In this document: positions 34,117 to 46,538 of the stretch, in pieces
Numbering within the stretch: position 1 is the stretch's first letter
Layout: each line of letters begins with the position of its first letter
DNA from: Prorocentrum cordatum
Lineage: Eukaryota
Length of the DNA stretch: 64,000 bases
Assembly (NCBI GenBank): GCA_963575745.1
Contig: CAUYUJ010000214.1
Coordinates: 434,001-498,000, forward strand
Reading direction: 5' to 3'
The notes under the pieces: model-generated
Databases searched by the model: none
What the model was told of the DNA's origin: nothing
Seen by the model: only the letters and a program-made list of their open reading frames with translations
Made by a program: the position numbers and the translations under genes

Positions 34117-35182
34117 GTCATCATCATCATCATCATCACAGCAATCATCATCATCATCATCATCATCCCCCTTCTCCCCCTCCACCCTTCCCCCTCCTCC
34201 TGCTCGTCATCCTCCTCCTCCTCCTCTCCCTCCTGGGCCTCTGGGGGACCTCTTGGGTTGGGGGCGCCTCGTGAGCCTCCGGGAGGCTCTTGGGGCAATC
34301 TTGGGGCCGAAGGTTCGACAGGTCCGCTCGGGTCCACCATCTGGGCCTCCTCTTGGGGCCGTCCTCCTCCTCCTCCTCCTCCCCCTTCCTCCTCCTCCTC
34401 CTCCTCCTCCTCCTCCTCCTCCCCCTCCTCCCTATCCTCCTCCTCCTCCTCCTCCTCCTCCCTCCTCCTCCCTCCTCCTCCTCCTCCTCCTCCTCCTCCT
34501 GCCGTGTTCTCCTCCGTCGGGGCCGTTAGGGCCGTCTTGACGTTCTCTTGGGCCGTCTTGGGCGCCTCTTGGGCCGTCTTGGCGCCCCTCGGGGCCGTCT
34601 TGGGGCCCACCTGGAGTCCTCGTGGGCCATCTCGGAGTGATCTCGGGGGCCTCGTGGGCAGTCTTGGAGCATCGGGACTCTCAAGAGGCAAGAACCCCAA
34701 CATCTGTCAGAAGCCATACGGCAATCATTGATGTCTGCCTCTATGGCCCTGGTCCCTTTGGGGAAGCCTCTTGGAGGTTTCTCGGGGCGCCTTGGGAGCA
34801 TCTTCGATCGTCTTGCTCCTCCTCCTCCTCCTCCTCCTCCTCCTCCTCCTCCTCCTCCTCCTCCTCCTCCTCCTCTCCTGGGGCCAACTCTCGGCGAGCG
34901 GGAGCCCTCTTGGGCTGTCTTGGGGGCCTCCGGGAGCTCTCGTGGCCCATCTCGAGGCCGCTGCGGGCCCGAAGAAGGCCCAGGTGAGCCCGGCCCGGGG
35001 CGAGCCCTCAAACTTCCATCTGGGACCTCCTCCTCCTCCTCCTCCTCCTCCTCCTCCTCCTCCTCCTCCTCCTCCTCCTCCCCACTCCTCGGTGGGGCGG
35101 GGGGGGGGACTGCAGGGGGGGAAGAATCTCACACGCCTCGAGACCCCAAAAGGGGTCGGCGGATAGTCCAGCAGCTCAGCAG

Positions 35183-35572
35183 GGTCAGAGCGTCTTGGAC
35201 ACGGTCTGGTGGCACTTCTGGCTGACCGTCGCGTCCCTTACGACGACCTACGCGGCCGTCCCAGGATTGTGCTCCAGCTTGGAGTCCAGCTTTCAGCTCT
35301 TGCAGCGCGACGAGTGGTTCTCTGTGTTGTTGGTCTGTGAGTTTACCTTGGCCAACTTCCTCGGCTCCTTTGGCCCCGCAGTGCCGGGCGGCCTCAGCAG
35401 GCTACGGGCTCGGCTCTGGACGCTCGTGAGCCTGCCAGTCCGCGCGAGCGGCGTGGGCCTGCTGGCGGTCCTTGCGAACGCGCGCGCTCGCTGGCCCCTG
35501 GACTGGGTCCCCCACCTGCTGCTCAGCACCCTGGGCCTCTCGAGCGGCTACCTCGTGGCGCAGGCCGCAGAG
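35183..35572 (+). CDS. ENT family transporter, exon 2
   Basis: CAG|G acceptor and GAG|GT donor, phase 0. TTTYAAVPGL, WFSVLLVCEFTLANFLGS and LGLSSGYL match ENT TM7-TM10 patterns. Confidence 0.8.
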
Positions 35573-36119
35573 GTCCGGGGGTTGCACGCCAGGGGGAGGT
35601 GGGCTCTCGAGGGCGGAAGCGCCGCCCTCCAATCGCTCACTGCTTATCCTCCTCCTCCTCCTCCTCCTCCTCCTCCTCCTCCTCCCTCCTCCCTCCTCCT
35701 CCTCCTCCTCCTCCTCCTCCTCCTCCCCCTCCCCCTCCCCCTCCCCCCTCCCCTCCCTCCTCCCCCTCCCCCTCCTCCTCCGTCCTCCTCCTGGCCCCTC
35801 CTCCTCCTCTCCTCCTCCTCCTCCTCCTCCTCCTCCTCCTCCTCCTCCTCCTCCCCCTCCCCCTCCTCCTCCTCCTCCTCCTCCTCCTCCTTCCTCCTCC
35901 TCCTCCTCCTCCTCCTCCTCCTCCTCCTCCTCCTCCTCCTCCTCCTCCTCCTCCTCCTCCTCCTCCTCCTCCCCCTCCCCCTCCTCCTCCTCCGCCTGCC
36001 CAGGGAACGCGGGGGCTCGACCCCTGCGGCCCGCCGCCGATCGATCGGTGCTGTGTCGCCCACTCCGGGCCGGCGCTTCCCCCGCCGAGCCGGCTCCCCC
36101 TGCCGTGGGTCCTCGAGAG

Positions 36120-36254
36120 GGCGCCACGGAGGTCGTGGAGGAGAAGGACCGCAAGCGGGCCGGCGAGCTGCTCAGCCTCGCCTTCAGCGTGGGCATCGCG
36201 GCGGGCACCTCGCTGGCGTTCCTGGGAGAGAAGCTGGGCGCCGTGCCCGCCTGA
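36120..36254 (+). CDS. ENT family transporter, exon 3 (terminal)
   Basis: GAG|G acceptor, phase 0. GATEVVEEKDRKRAGELLSLAFSVGIAAGTSLAFLG...TGA resembles the ENT TM11 (E.AG.LM...L..G...GS). Confidence 0.8.
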   Translation, partial: GATEVVEEKDRKRAGELLSLAFSVGIAAGTSLAFLGEKLGAVPA

Positions 36255-38428
36255 CGCGCCGCCCGCACGCCGCCCGCGATCCGGCTGTCTTGCTCCGCGT
36301 GTCGCGCCGCCAGTTCGGGCCCACCGCGCTCGGCGCGGCTCGCGATCCGTGCCAGAGTTCCCCAGCGTCGCTGGCACGAGCTGTTCCCAGCCTCCCGTGC
36401 CTCCCAACCCACGCAGCGGAGCGACACGCTGTCCGCTAGCAGGGCACAGCGCGTCGCCGGGGCCGCCGCCGCGACACGCTGTGCAAGCGTTCCTGACCGT
36501 CGAGCCTGGCACTTGAGTCTGGTCCGCTCTTCGTTGTCCTTGGTGGCGCATGTCGGCAAAACGCTGGCACCCGCAACGCGCAGTCGTGAGCTGTGGTGTT
36601 TTCTCCGAGTCAGGCCCGAACCCTGAATGGCGAATCTGTCAACGCCGATGCCGTCCGACCTGCGGCTTTCTCTTTCCCTCCTCTTATGTTCGCCTTCCTC
36701 AATCGGCCACTGCTGCGCCTGGACAGTTTCATCGAGGCTCCGATTGTTCGGCCCTCAGCCTGAGGTCGCTACGTGTCGGAGGGATCACCATCCTTGGTTA
36801 AGGACTTCGACAGCGACAGTAGTCTACATGGCTCAGTCACAATCTTGTCAGCTACATTGACTATTCTAGAACTTCGGCAGTGGCCAAATGTTCCGCGACG
36901 TCTGATGCTATCACTTCTATTGAGTTGTGCGCATAAGGCTATATCATTGTGCACATAGGCTGCACCACATAGATTGCACCAAGTAGTTTGTACCGTATAG
37001 ATTGCACAACATGGATTGCACCGTATAGTAGATTTTTAAAGCACTGTTTGGGGTCCACGCTGGCCACCATGTTTTGAGAGTTTTCAGCATGTTTGGTCTG
37101 GGGCCTTCTTGGAGTCGAGGAAACACAACACGGCATACACACAAACCTTCGGAGCTCCGCGCGGATCTCTTGGATCGGCGCCTGGGCCCCCCCTGGCGGC
37201 GCCTCCGGCGCCAGTTCTCGACGTCGCGAGGCCGAACCCAGGCCCCGTCGGGTTTCAGCCGGACGGCCCGGTTGGAGTTTTGGCTGAGCCTCGGGCGCCC
37301 CCTGGTCATGCACGCTTGCGGCGGGCTACGTGCATGATATCTACAGGCCTTCCGTCCATCCCGCCGTCGCGACCGGAATCCGAGCCTGAGACGTGTTGGG
37401 CGAATGCCAGGAGCATGTTGGGATGCCTCTCGGGGGCCCCTTGGAGGCATCTTGGGGTCGTCTTGGGAGCACTCCGGGGGCCTCTCTTGGGAGCCTCCTG
37501 GGTGTTCACAGGAGTGCGGCGCTGGATCAGGCCACGGGCGCCATATTCGGGCTGGCACAGCTACAACGGGGGACCGGGCCCGGGGGCCCCGGGGCCGCGA
37601 CCCCGACCTCAAATGGGGGGAAACAGGGGCCTGGCCTGCCCGGTGGGGGGTCCCAGCATCGCCTCTGACAGCCATTGGACTGCCGCTGCGGCGGCCAAAG
37701 ACGGTCCCGAGTCGCATCCACGACGCCCCGCAGGGACCTCCGACGGTTCAAGATGTTTTTCAAAGGGCCACGCTTCAAGACCGCTCCAAGAGGAGCCCCA
37801 AGAGGGTCCTGAGAAGCAACAGCTACCCCATTCCCTCAGGACCACGTGCATGTTTAGCATCTTTGCTGTTTCTGGTTTCAACACGGTCCCAGACGACCCG
37901 AGAGATCCCCCCGATCGCCCTGGGACTGCCCAAGAGGGCCCCTGGACGGCCCAGGAGCGCCCCAAGACGGGCCAGGACGCCCCGAAGACGGCCCCGAGAG
38001 GCCCCCCGCGAGGGGCCCGAGAGAGGGAGCCCCGAGCCTCGGCGGCGTCCCGCAGGAGGCCCCTGGCGGGGGCGCTCGCGCCGCCCAGCCCAGATTGGAA
38101 CCCCCACAGGGGAAGCAGTTCGGATTGGCGAGGTGCTCGGCGCCGGACCCCCCCTGGCGCTCCTCCTCCTCCTCCTCCTTCCTCCTCCTCCTCCTCCTCC
38201 TCCTCCTCCTCCTCCTTCTCCTCTCCTCCTCCTCCTCCTCCTCCTCCTCCTCCTCCTCCTCCTCCTCCTCCTCCTCCTCCTCCGCCCCCCTCCTCCTCCT
38301 CCTCCTCCTCCTCCTCCTCCTCCTCCTCCTCCTCCTCCTCCTCCTGCCCCCCCGGGTCCAGGCGGAGAAGCAGCCGGCGCGACCCGCTCCAGTCCGGCCA
38401 AGCGGGGCCCCCTCGGGAGGAGTGCGGG

Positions 38429-38625
38429 TCGGGGCGGCGGACAAGAGGGGGGTGATGACTAGGGGGGGGGTGGCTATCATGGCGGGGGCCATGATATCTC
38501 CCCGGATTTCATGGCGCCTCTCCTTATTTCATTACGTCCCTGGCCCCCCCGCTGGGCCGCGCACATGCCGCCGGTCATGATTTGCACACACCCCTCTTGG
38601 ACACCCCCCTCTTGGCCGCTCCCGA
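38429..38625. mobile_element. MITE with TCGGG...CCCGA ends and 5-bp TSD GCGGG
   Basis: Imperfect TIR containing CAAGAGGGGGGTG; GCGGG at 38424-38428 and 38626-38630. Confidence 0.65.
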
Positions 38626-40654
38626 GCGGGGAGGGGCAACGATCTCACAGGCCGTCGACCCCAAGGGGTTGGCGGATTCAGTGCCACGTCCTCGGGCGGC
38701 TTGCCACACAATTGCAGCAAGCCGACGGGACTCGAGCATGCCGCCGCTGGACAAACTCCTTTGCTATTTTTGTTGTCACCCTAATCTCTCTTCTGCGTGC
38801 CACTTGCCCTGCTAGTTTTCACTCTCTCCCTCTCTCTCTCTCTCTCTTCTGACGCCCCGCAAACTTACGCGACTTCCGCAGGAGGCGATCATGGATCTGG
38901 CGCGCTCGCAGCCACCACTGTCAAGAAAGACAGCGGCTGCGCAGGTGCACACATTTCAATTATAACCTTGCCCAGATCGAATCGCTTCGCTCACTCCGCC
39001 GGCCGATTTCTAATGTCCTTCGGCCAATCTCGCCACCGTGCTTGGGTGGTGGGTCTGAGATCTGTTGGATGTTCGTCGGGATCTCGTCGAAGCCTGTCGG
39101 GGCCTTCTGGAGGTATTTCTGTGGCCTTCGGGGGGCTGTTTTGGGGGCCTCTTTGGGGCCTCTTGGTCTAGCAGTGGCGAAGCGTCCTGGCTCGCCTAAA
39201 GGCCCACTAAATAATGTTCTAAGAACCTTTGGTGGTTTCTACGAAATGTCCTTCGAACATTTCTGGCTGGGACTGTCTTGTATTAGTACATCGTCTCTAT
39301 GTTCTAAGAACATTGTTTTTGTTCATAGAACATGTTGGGGGGGTCATAAGAACATGTCGTGGTAGGCCTGTAGGAATGCCAGGACGGTCGGTCCCTGCTC
39401 AACTTGGGGGCCTCTCGGGGCCTCGTGCGGGCCTCGTGCGGGCCGTCTTGGGCGCCTCTCGGGCCAGGCACAAGGCAGCTGGGGGGAGCGACGACGACGC
39501 CGAAATAAAGTGGTCGGAGCTCTAGACACCCTGTGCAAGAGAATATGAAGAGGAATATGGGGCCACGTGCCGTGCCGGGGGTGTGCCGAACCGGGCGCGA
39601 GGCCGCCACGCGGAACCTGTTGCTGGAGCCTGTGGTGGAGCTCCCTGCGGGGTCACGAACAGGGGTATGCCGAATCGTGTACGGGGCCGCCGTGCGGACC
39701 CCGCCGCTGGGACTGGGCCGTCGGTGGAGCTCCCTATGGGGCCACGAAGCGCGTCAGCGGCGTGCCGAATCGGGCGCAGGCCCGCCACGTGGACCCTTCC
39801 GCCTGGGCCTTCGGTGGAGCTCCCCATGGGGCCGGGAAGCGCGCGAGGAATGCGCAGAAACGGTGGACATGCGGAGAGCAGAGGCAGGGATGGGAGGAGG
39901 GAGGAGGCGCGGGTTAGGAGGCGGGAGGAGAACGCGGGGCGCCGTTTCTCCAAAGCGAAAAACACGCCCCTGCGACCATCATGCGCCTTCCTGGAGGTGA
40001 TCGAGAGCGCGCGCGAACCCTGGTGGGCGTGTCGGGCTGGGCGGGCGGATTCTGACGGGCGGAGCGGGTCCAGTCGGGCGGGCGAGCCCTGGCGGGCGGG
40101 TCGGGCTGAGCGGGGGGGGCGTGATCGAGCGGGCACGCCAGCGCCCTAACGGGCGGGCTGGGTCGGGCGGGCGGACCCTGGCGGGCATGTCGGATCGGGC
40201 GGGGCGGGGCGTCGAATTATGGTGCAAACTCGGGTGAGCACGCGTGGGCCTTCAGTGCGGCGCATGCTCGAGAGCGCGCGCGAACTTCGGCGGGCGGGCC
40301 AGGTCGGGCGGGGTTCGGCGGGCGAACCTGGACGGGCGGGTCGGGTCGGGCCGGGCGCGGCGCTGAAGTGCGGCGGGCCCTCGAGCGAGCGCGCGCCGAA
40401 CCCGCGCGCGGGGCGTGCTCGAGCGAGCGCGCGCGAAGCCACTCGGGCGCGTCGAGCGAGCGGGCGGGCCTCGGCGGGGGCGGGCCAGGTCCAGCGGGCG
40501 GGCCCGGGCGGGCGGGCGGGTCGGGCAGGGCGGGCCTCGGCGAGCCTTGGCGGGCGGGGCCGGGCCGGGCCGGGCGGGGAGCGTCAAGTGCGGGGCGCGA
40601 TCGAGGTGCCACGCGCGAGCCCTGGCGGGCAGGCCGCGGCGGGCGGGGGGCCAG

Positions 40655-40900
40655 GCGCGGGCAGTCTTGGAAGGATCGGGCGGGGGGCCTCGTTGGGCAG
40701 TCCTGGAAGGATTTGCGGGGGGCCTCGTGGGGATTCCTGGAAGGATTCGGGGGGCGCCTCGTGGGCAGTCGTGGAAGGATTGGGGGGGCCTCGTGGGCAG
40801 TCCTGGAAGGATCGGGGGGGGGCCTCGCGGGCAGTCCTGGAAGGAGTTTGGGGGGCCTTGTGGGCAGTCTTGGAAGGAGTTGGGGGGGCCTCGTGGGCCG
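40655..40900. repeat. Minisatellite, about 30-bp unit (GGGGGGCCTCGTGGGCAGTCCTGGAAGGAT), about 8 copies
   Basis: Visible tandem units. Confidence 0.8.
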
Positions 40901-42748
40901 TGTTGTGGCATCGGGGCGCCGAACAAAGAAGAGCCTCAACATGCGTAAAACATCGTAGGGGCATCGTTGCTTTGTACCTCATGAGACTGTGTGGGGAAGC
41001 CTCTCGGAGGCTTCTTGGGACGTCTTGGGGTTCTCTCCGTTAGTTTTGCGACCATGTTGGGTGTTTGGGAACCAACTTTCGGCGAGTTGGAGCCCTCTTC
41101 GGTCGTCTTGGGAGCCTTTGTCAGCAGAATTTGGGCACTTGGATCTATCCCGCTGTTCAATTCAATTTTATGTGTGGCGCATGTGGGCAACATGCCCGTG
41201 TCCGCAACACGCAGTGGTGAGTACTTGTGTTTTCTCCTGGTCAGACCTGCCTTTAATGACGAGTCTGTCAACCTCGATGCCCTCCGACCTGCGTGTGTCT
41301 CTTTCCCGCCTCCTCCTTCCACCATCTGAGGAGGAGGAGGAGGAGGAGGAGGAGGAGGAGGAGGAGGAGGAGGAGGAGGAGGAGGTGGGGGGACGGGTCG
41401 GGGAGGAAGTTCTCGAAGACAGGAGGAGGAGGAGGAGGAGGAGGAGGAGGAGAGGAGGAGGAGGAGGAGAAGGGGAGGAGGAGGAGGAGGAGGAGGAGGA
41501 GGAGGAGGAGGAGGAGGAGGAGGAGGAGGAGGAGGAGATCTGCCTTTGCTGCGCCCGGACGCTTCCGTCGAGGTTCGGATTGTTCGGCCCTCGGCCTGAG
41601 GTCGCCATGTGTCGGAGGGACAACCATCCCAGAAGCCTGTTTTCAACTAAGGCCCAGGATGTGACGTCGACGGTGGTTCGGTGAATGGCCCAGGAATTCG
41701 ACTGGTAAGTGTCTACATGGCTCAGAGACACTATTGCTGGCAATAGCGGATGTTATGGGACTTCGATTGTGGTTACATGTTCTGCGACTTCTGGCACAGC
41801 ATACCAGAGGAGTTTTCAACTATGCATCGCCAGAAATATACTCATCACCATCACCATCGTCCCCATCATCGTCGTCTTTGGCATCGTTAGCGTGGTCGCT
41901 GCCATCGCTGTCATCACCATCATCAGCATCAGCTTAGAACACTTACATGCGTAAGCTCTACCACGCAGTGCTTGGCATGCTACTACGGCTCAGCTTGCGA
42001 GGGGTGAGAGTGGCGGATGCGTCTTCGCATTTAGTTTTCCGAGACGGAAAGACTAGCGACAACTACACGGATGGTGGGCGGCTCTTTGCATGCCCCTTTC
42101 CCTACTGGGGGGGGGTCTTTTGTGGTATTTTCGAATGTTAAAAGCGCCGAAATTCAACATGTGAGACAGTTGATTTCTGTGGTCCTACAATGTGGCATGC
42201 CGAGTAGTTTTGCACATGTAGGGCAGTTCCTGTTCATGAAACACATGCCCATGGGATGCCCGTCTTTCAAGCTTGCGCTCCCCACAGTGAACAAGAGCGC
42301 TTGCCCAGATTATGAAGATGGGGCATTGGGACGGGAGGAGAGGGTGTGTTGCATCATGGTTGATGCACATTGGGCTGCGTATGGTTCCTCGGCTCTCCTC
42401 CTAACCGTCCTGCCGCTCTTCGTTTTCCTCCGTCCTCTTCCTCACCGATCCTTCCCCTCATTCTCCTTCCCCGCAGTGCTGCTGCTGCTCTTCCTCTTCC
42501 TCCTTGCCCCTTCCTGCTCCCCCCTGCCTCTCGCCGATGCCGTTCCCGTGCCCTCCCCCCTGCCCGGACGGCCTGCTGGAGCTCTGGGCCGGAGAAGAGA
42601 AGCGCAGCGCTGCCAGTCATCTTGGAGGGTGAAAGAGTGGGTCTGCAACAGGGGGTCATCAATGGGGGCTGAACGGCCCATGGGTGCTCAATGTATCGCT
42701 CGTGTATCGCTGCGATCGCAGTGGGCTGACAGCCCACTGCGATCGCAG

Positions 42749-42793
<45 letters not shown>

Positions 42794-43240
42794 TCCTGGC
42801 CCCTTCTGCTCGCTCTGCCTCGAGCCGCTCCCGCTCCCGTGCCCTCCCTCCTGCCCGGGCGGCTTGCCTCCCTCCTCCTCCTCCTCCTCCTCCTCCTCCT
42901 CCTCCTTCCTCCTCCTACTCCTCCTCCTCCTCCTCCTCCCCATCCTACTCACACATCCTCCTCTCCTCCTCCTCCTCCCCCTCCTCCTCCTCCTCCCCCT
43001 CCTCCTCCTCCTCCTCATCCTCCTCCTCCTCCTCCTCCTCCTCCTCTCCTCCTCCTCCTCTCCTCCTCCTCCTCCTCCTCCCCCCTTCTCCTCCCTCTCC
43101 TCTCCTCCTCCTCCTTCCTCCTCCTCCTCCTCCTCTCCTCCTCCTCCTCCTCTCCTCCTCCTCCTCCTCCTCCTCCTCCTCCTCCTCCTTCCTCCTCCTC
43201 CTCCTCCTCCTCCTCCTCCTCCTCCTCCTCCCCCCCGGTC

Positions 43241-43564
43241 GGTCGGCCGGTAAGGGGAGGGGTGACTTCAATGGGGGGCGCAGGAGTGGCCCCTGGGGGG
43301 GCCCGTTCTTCACCCCCAAGTTGACGTGGAAGCCAGTGCCAAGGAACACCCCGCTTGCCCCCCGGGTGCCCGGGGTTCCTTGGGTTTCGATGGTTTTGCG
43401 ATGGGGAGCGTGACGTTCCCACACCCAAAATCAATGGAAGTCCTGGGGTCTCAGGGTTGCGTTTCTTGCGGAAGGTTTTCTTGTCGCCGAGCTCCTACTG
43501 TAGGGCCCCTTTAGGGCCCCTTTCTTCACCCCCCATTTACGTCACCCGCCCTTAACGGCCGCCC
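43241..43564. mobile_element. TIR element; a related copy lies inverted at about 53815-53970
   Basis: CGGCCG.TAAGGG..GGGTGAC...AATGGGGG is inverted at the two ends; the interior is similar to the reverse complement of 53815-53970. Confidence 0.55.
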
Positions 43565-44099
43565 AAGAGAAGAAAAGCGCAGCGCTGCCAGTCAGCCCAC
43601 CGCGATCGCCAAGAGCTGCAAGATGCAGGAGGACCTCAAGCCTCACGTGTCTCAGGATTCGGGATGCAACTCCCAGGAGGTGAACGATTCAGCATCGGCG
43701 CTGTCACGTCCGTGGTCGAGAACCCTCCGAATCAGGCGTGGTCCAGCCTAATTGCGCCGAATCCCGCTTTGTTAATCTCGCTCCATCGGGCCTGATTCTG
43801 GGCCTAGTCTGGCTCGATTCGGCTTGACAGGCCCCCCTACTCGGGCCAAGCAGCTCTCAGTCTCTCTATCACGAGGACCTTCAGGGAGTTGAGTCCCGAC
43901 TTGCCGAAGAAGAAGAAGAAGAAGGAGGAGCGTGGTGAACATGAGCTTTCGGAGGGAGGGGAAGGGGGAGGAGAAGGAGGAGGAGGAGGAGGAGGAGGGG
44001 GAGGCGGAGGCGGAGGAGGAGGAGGAGCAGAAGGAGGAGGAGGAGGAGGAGGAGGAGGAGGAAGAGGGGGAGTAACCCAGTACACAGAAAATAGGAGTA

Positions 44100-44154
44100 A
44101 TTTGTTGTTGTTTTGTTGTTGTTTTTGTTGTTGTTTGTTGATGATGATGGATGA

Positions 44155-44202
<48 letters not shown>

Positions 44203-44856
44203 CTGATGCTTGCTGCTGCTGTTTGTTTGCTAGCTGCTTGATGATGATTGATGGTGATGTTGATTGTGTGGTTGTGGTTGGTGGTGAGGATGATGATGAT
44301 GATGATGCCTGATGATGATGATGATGATGATGATGATGAGGATGATTATGCATGCTGCTTGCTGAGGAGGATAGTGATGGTGATGATGATGGTGATGATT
44401 GATGAATGCATGCTGATGCTGATGCTGATGCTGAGATGGTGATGCTGCTGCTGCTGCTGATGATGATGATATGATGAAGCTTGAATGCTGATGATGCTGA
44501 TGATGCTGCCTGCTGATGATGAGATCTGATGCTGATGCTGATGCTGATGCTGCTTATGATGATGATGATGCTGATGATGATGATGATAATGATTATGATG
44601 GATGCTGCTGCTGCGGTGATACGGTGATGATGAATGAATGATGGTGATGGGTGAATGATAATTGATGATGAGGCTGGGGCTGCTGATGATGATGATCGTC
44701 TGATGATGATGAATGATGATCATGCTTATTCTGATGCTGATGCTGATGTGGTGATGCCTGCTGCTGCTGATGAATGATGATGAATGATGATGCTGATTAT
44801 GATGCTGCTCGGCTGATGATGATGATGATTGATGCTGATGCTGATGCTGATCTGCT

Positions 44857-44911
<55 letters not shown>

Positions 44912-45003
44912 CTGATGCTGATGCTGATGCTGATGCTGATGCTGATGCTGATGATGATGATGATGAGGAGGAGGAGGAGGAGGAGGAGGAGAAGGAGGAG
45001 GAG
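44100..45003. repeat. Compound (GAT)n/(GCT)n/(GGA)n microsatellite
   Basis: Direct inspection. Confidence 0.95.
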
Positions 45004-45599
45004 GTTGCGGCGGGAGATGAGCCAGCAGAGAGGGCAGGGGGCGGCAGCCCTCTCCTCGCCGCGCCGCGCCTTGCCGCGCCGCGCCCCAGCGCCGCAGGAC
45101 CCGCCCACGGCGGGCGCGGCGCCGGAGCCAGAGGCGATCATGCGGGCGCTGCAGCGGCTCTTCCTGGAGAGGGAGCCTGCGCTGGCCCAACCAAGCCCAC
45201 TGGCAATGGCGCTCCTCCTCCTCCCCCTCCCCCTCCTCCTCCTCCTCCTCCTCCTCCTCCTCCTCCTCCTCCTCCTCCTCCTCCTCCTCCTCCCCCTCCT
45301 CCTCCTGCTGCTGCTGCTGCGCCGCTGAAGAGGAAAGTCCTGAGGAAGCGTCCGCAGCGTGAATGAAACTGGGGCCCCTCACCTCGCCGCGCCTCCCAGC
45401 GCGCAGGCATGTTGCTGCGCGAAGAAGAAGAATAAGAAGAATAAGAAGAAGAAGAATAAGAAGAAGAAAAAGAAGAAGAAGAAGAAGAAGAAGAAGGGGT
45501 CGAGGGGGACGAACAGTGCAGAGCCTTCCGGGGGTCGTTGCCAGGTCTCCCATCTGGTCCTGATCTATATGGCATGGCCAGAAAACGATACAATTGTGA

Positions 45600-46300
45600 C
45601 AGCACCTCTCAGTCCCTGGAACACTTCTCAAAAGCCTTGATAACGACTCCATATTCACCGTCAGCAGGGTGGTCGGCTTCATGTGCCGACATCCGCACAT
45701 GCACTGGTCAACACCAAACGAGCGGACGCCTCTGAGCGTCCTCACCCATGCAATCTCCTCCACCCTCCAGCTGGACGCAGCACGGGGCTCCCTGGTCGGA
45801 CACATCGGGTGCTCCAGAAGTGCACGCGCACTGCCGCCACGGCAAGAAAGCGAACCGTCGCGCGCAACAGCAGGTCACCAACGTTCACTTGCTTCTGCTC
45901 CTGGGCCGGCAGGCCCGCTGCCTCCTCCTCCTCCTCCTCCTCCCTCCTCCTCCTCCTCCCTCCTCCTCCTCCTCCTCCCTCCTCCTGCCTCCTCCTCCTC
46001 TCCTCCGGTGTTCCTCTCCTCCTCCTCCCGCGATCATGCAGAATCCCAGATCTCCTCCTCCTCCTCCTCCTCCTCCTCCTCCTCCTCCTCCCTCCCCTCT
46101 CCCCTACCTCTCCTTCCTCCCTCCCCTCCCTCCCTCCCTCCCTCCTCGTCATCCTCCTCTCCTCCCTCCTCCTCCTCCTCGTCCTCCTCCTCCTCCTCCT
46201 CCTCCTCCTCCTGGACGTCCCGAGAGCGCAGAGGCCTTGGCCCAGCCACCTCTTCCTGCGGGAGGTCCGCCCGATCGCGATCGTTCGCCACATCTCAGGA
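45600..46300 (-). pseudogene. LINE-borne C5 cytosine methyltransferase, C-terminal part
   Basis: PP-EMW (degenerate PPCETW), GPRPLRS, a (GAG)n insert, QVNVGDLLL, LLEHP, ASSW, DQCMCG....KPTTLL. Confidence 0.7.
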
Positions 46301-46538
46301 GGGAAAGAAACACGCAGACACAAGGAATCGGCGATTCCCCAGAAAATATGGGAACATATGGGAAGTGGGGGGACGACAGAAACCCAGAAAATATGGGAAA
46401 ATATGGGGGATCTTTTTATTCCCAACCCTCCTGCGTTGGGTTCTCGTTTTGAATAGAGCACTGCTCGCGCGTCTCCTTCCTTCCCGCCCCCCCCCGTCCC
46501 TCTCTTCCCCCCTGCCTTCGCTCGTCGCTGCGTGCCAG

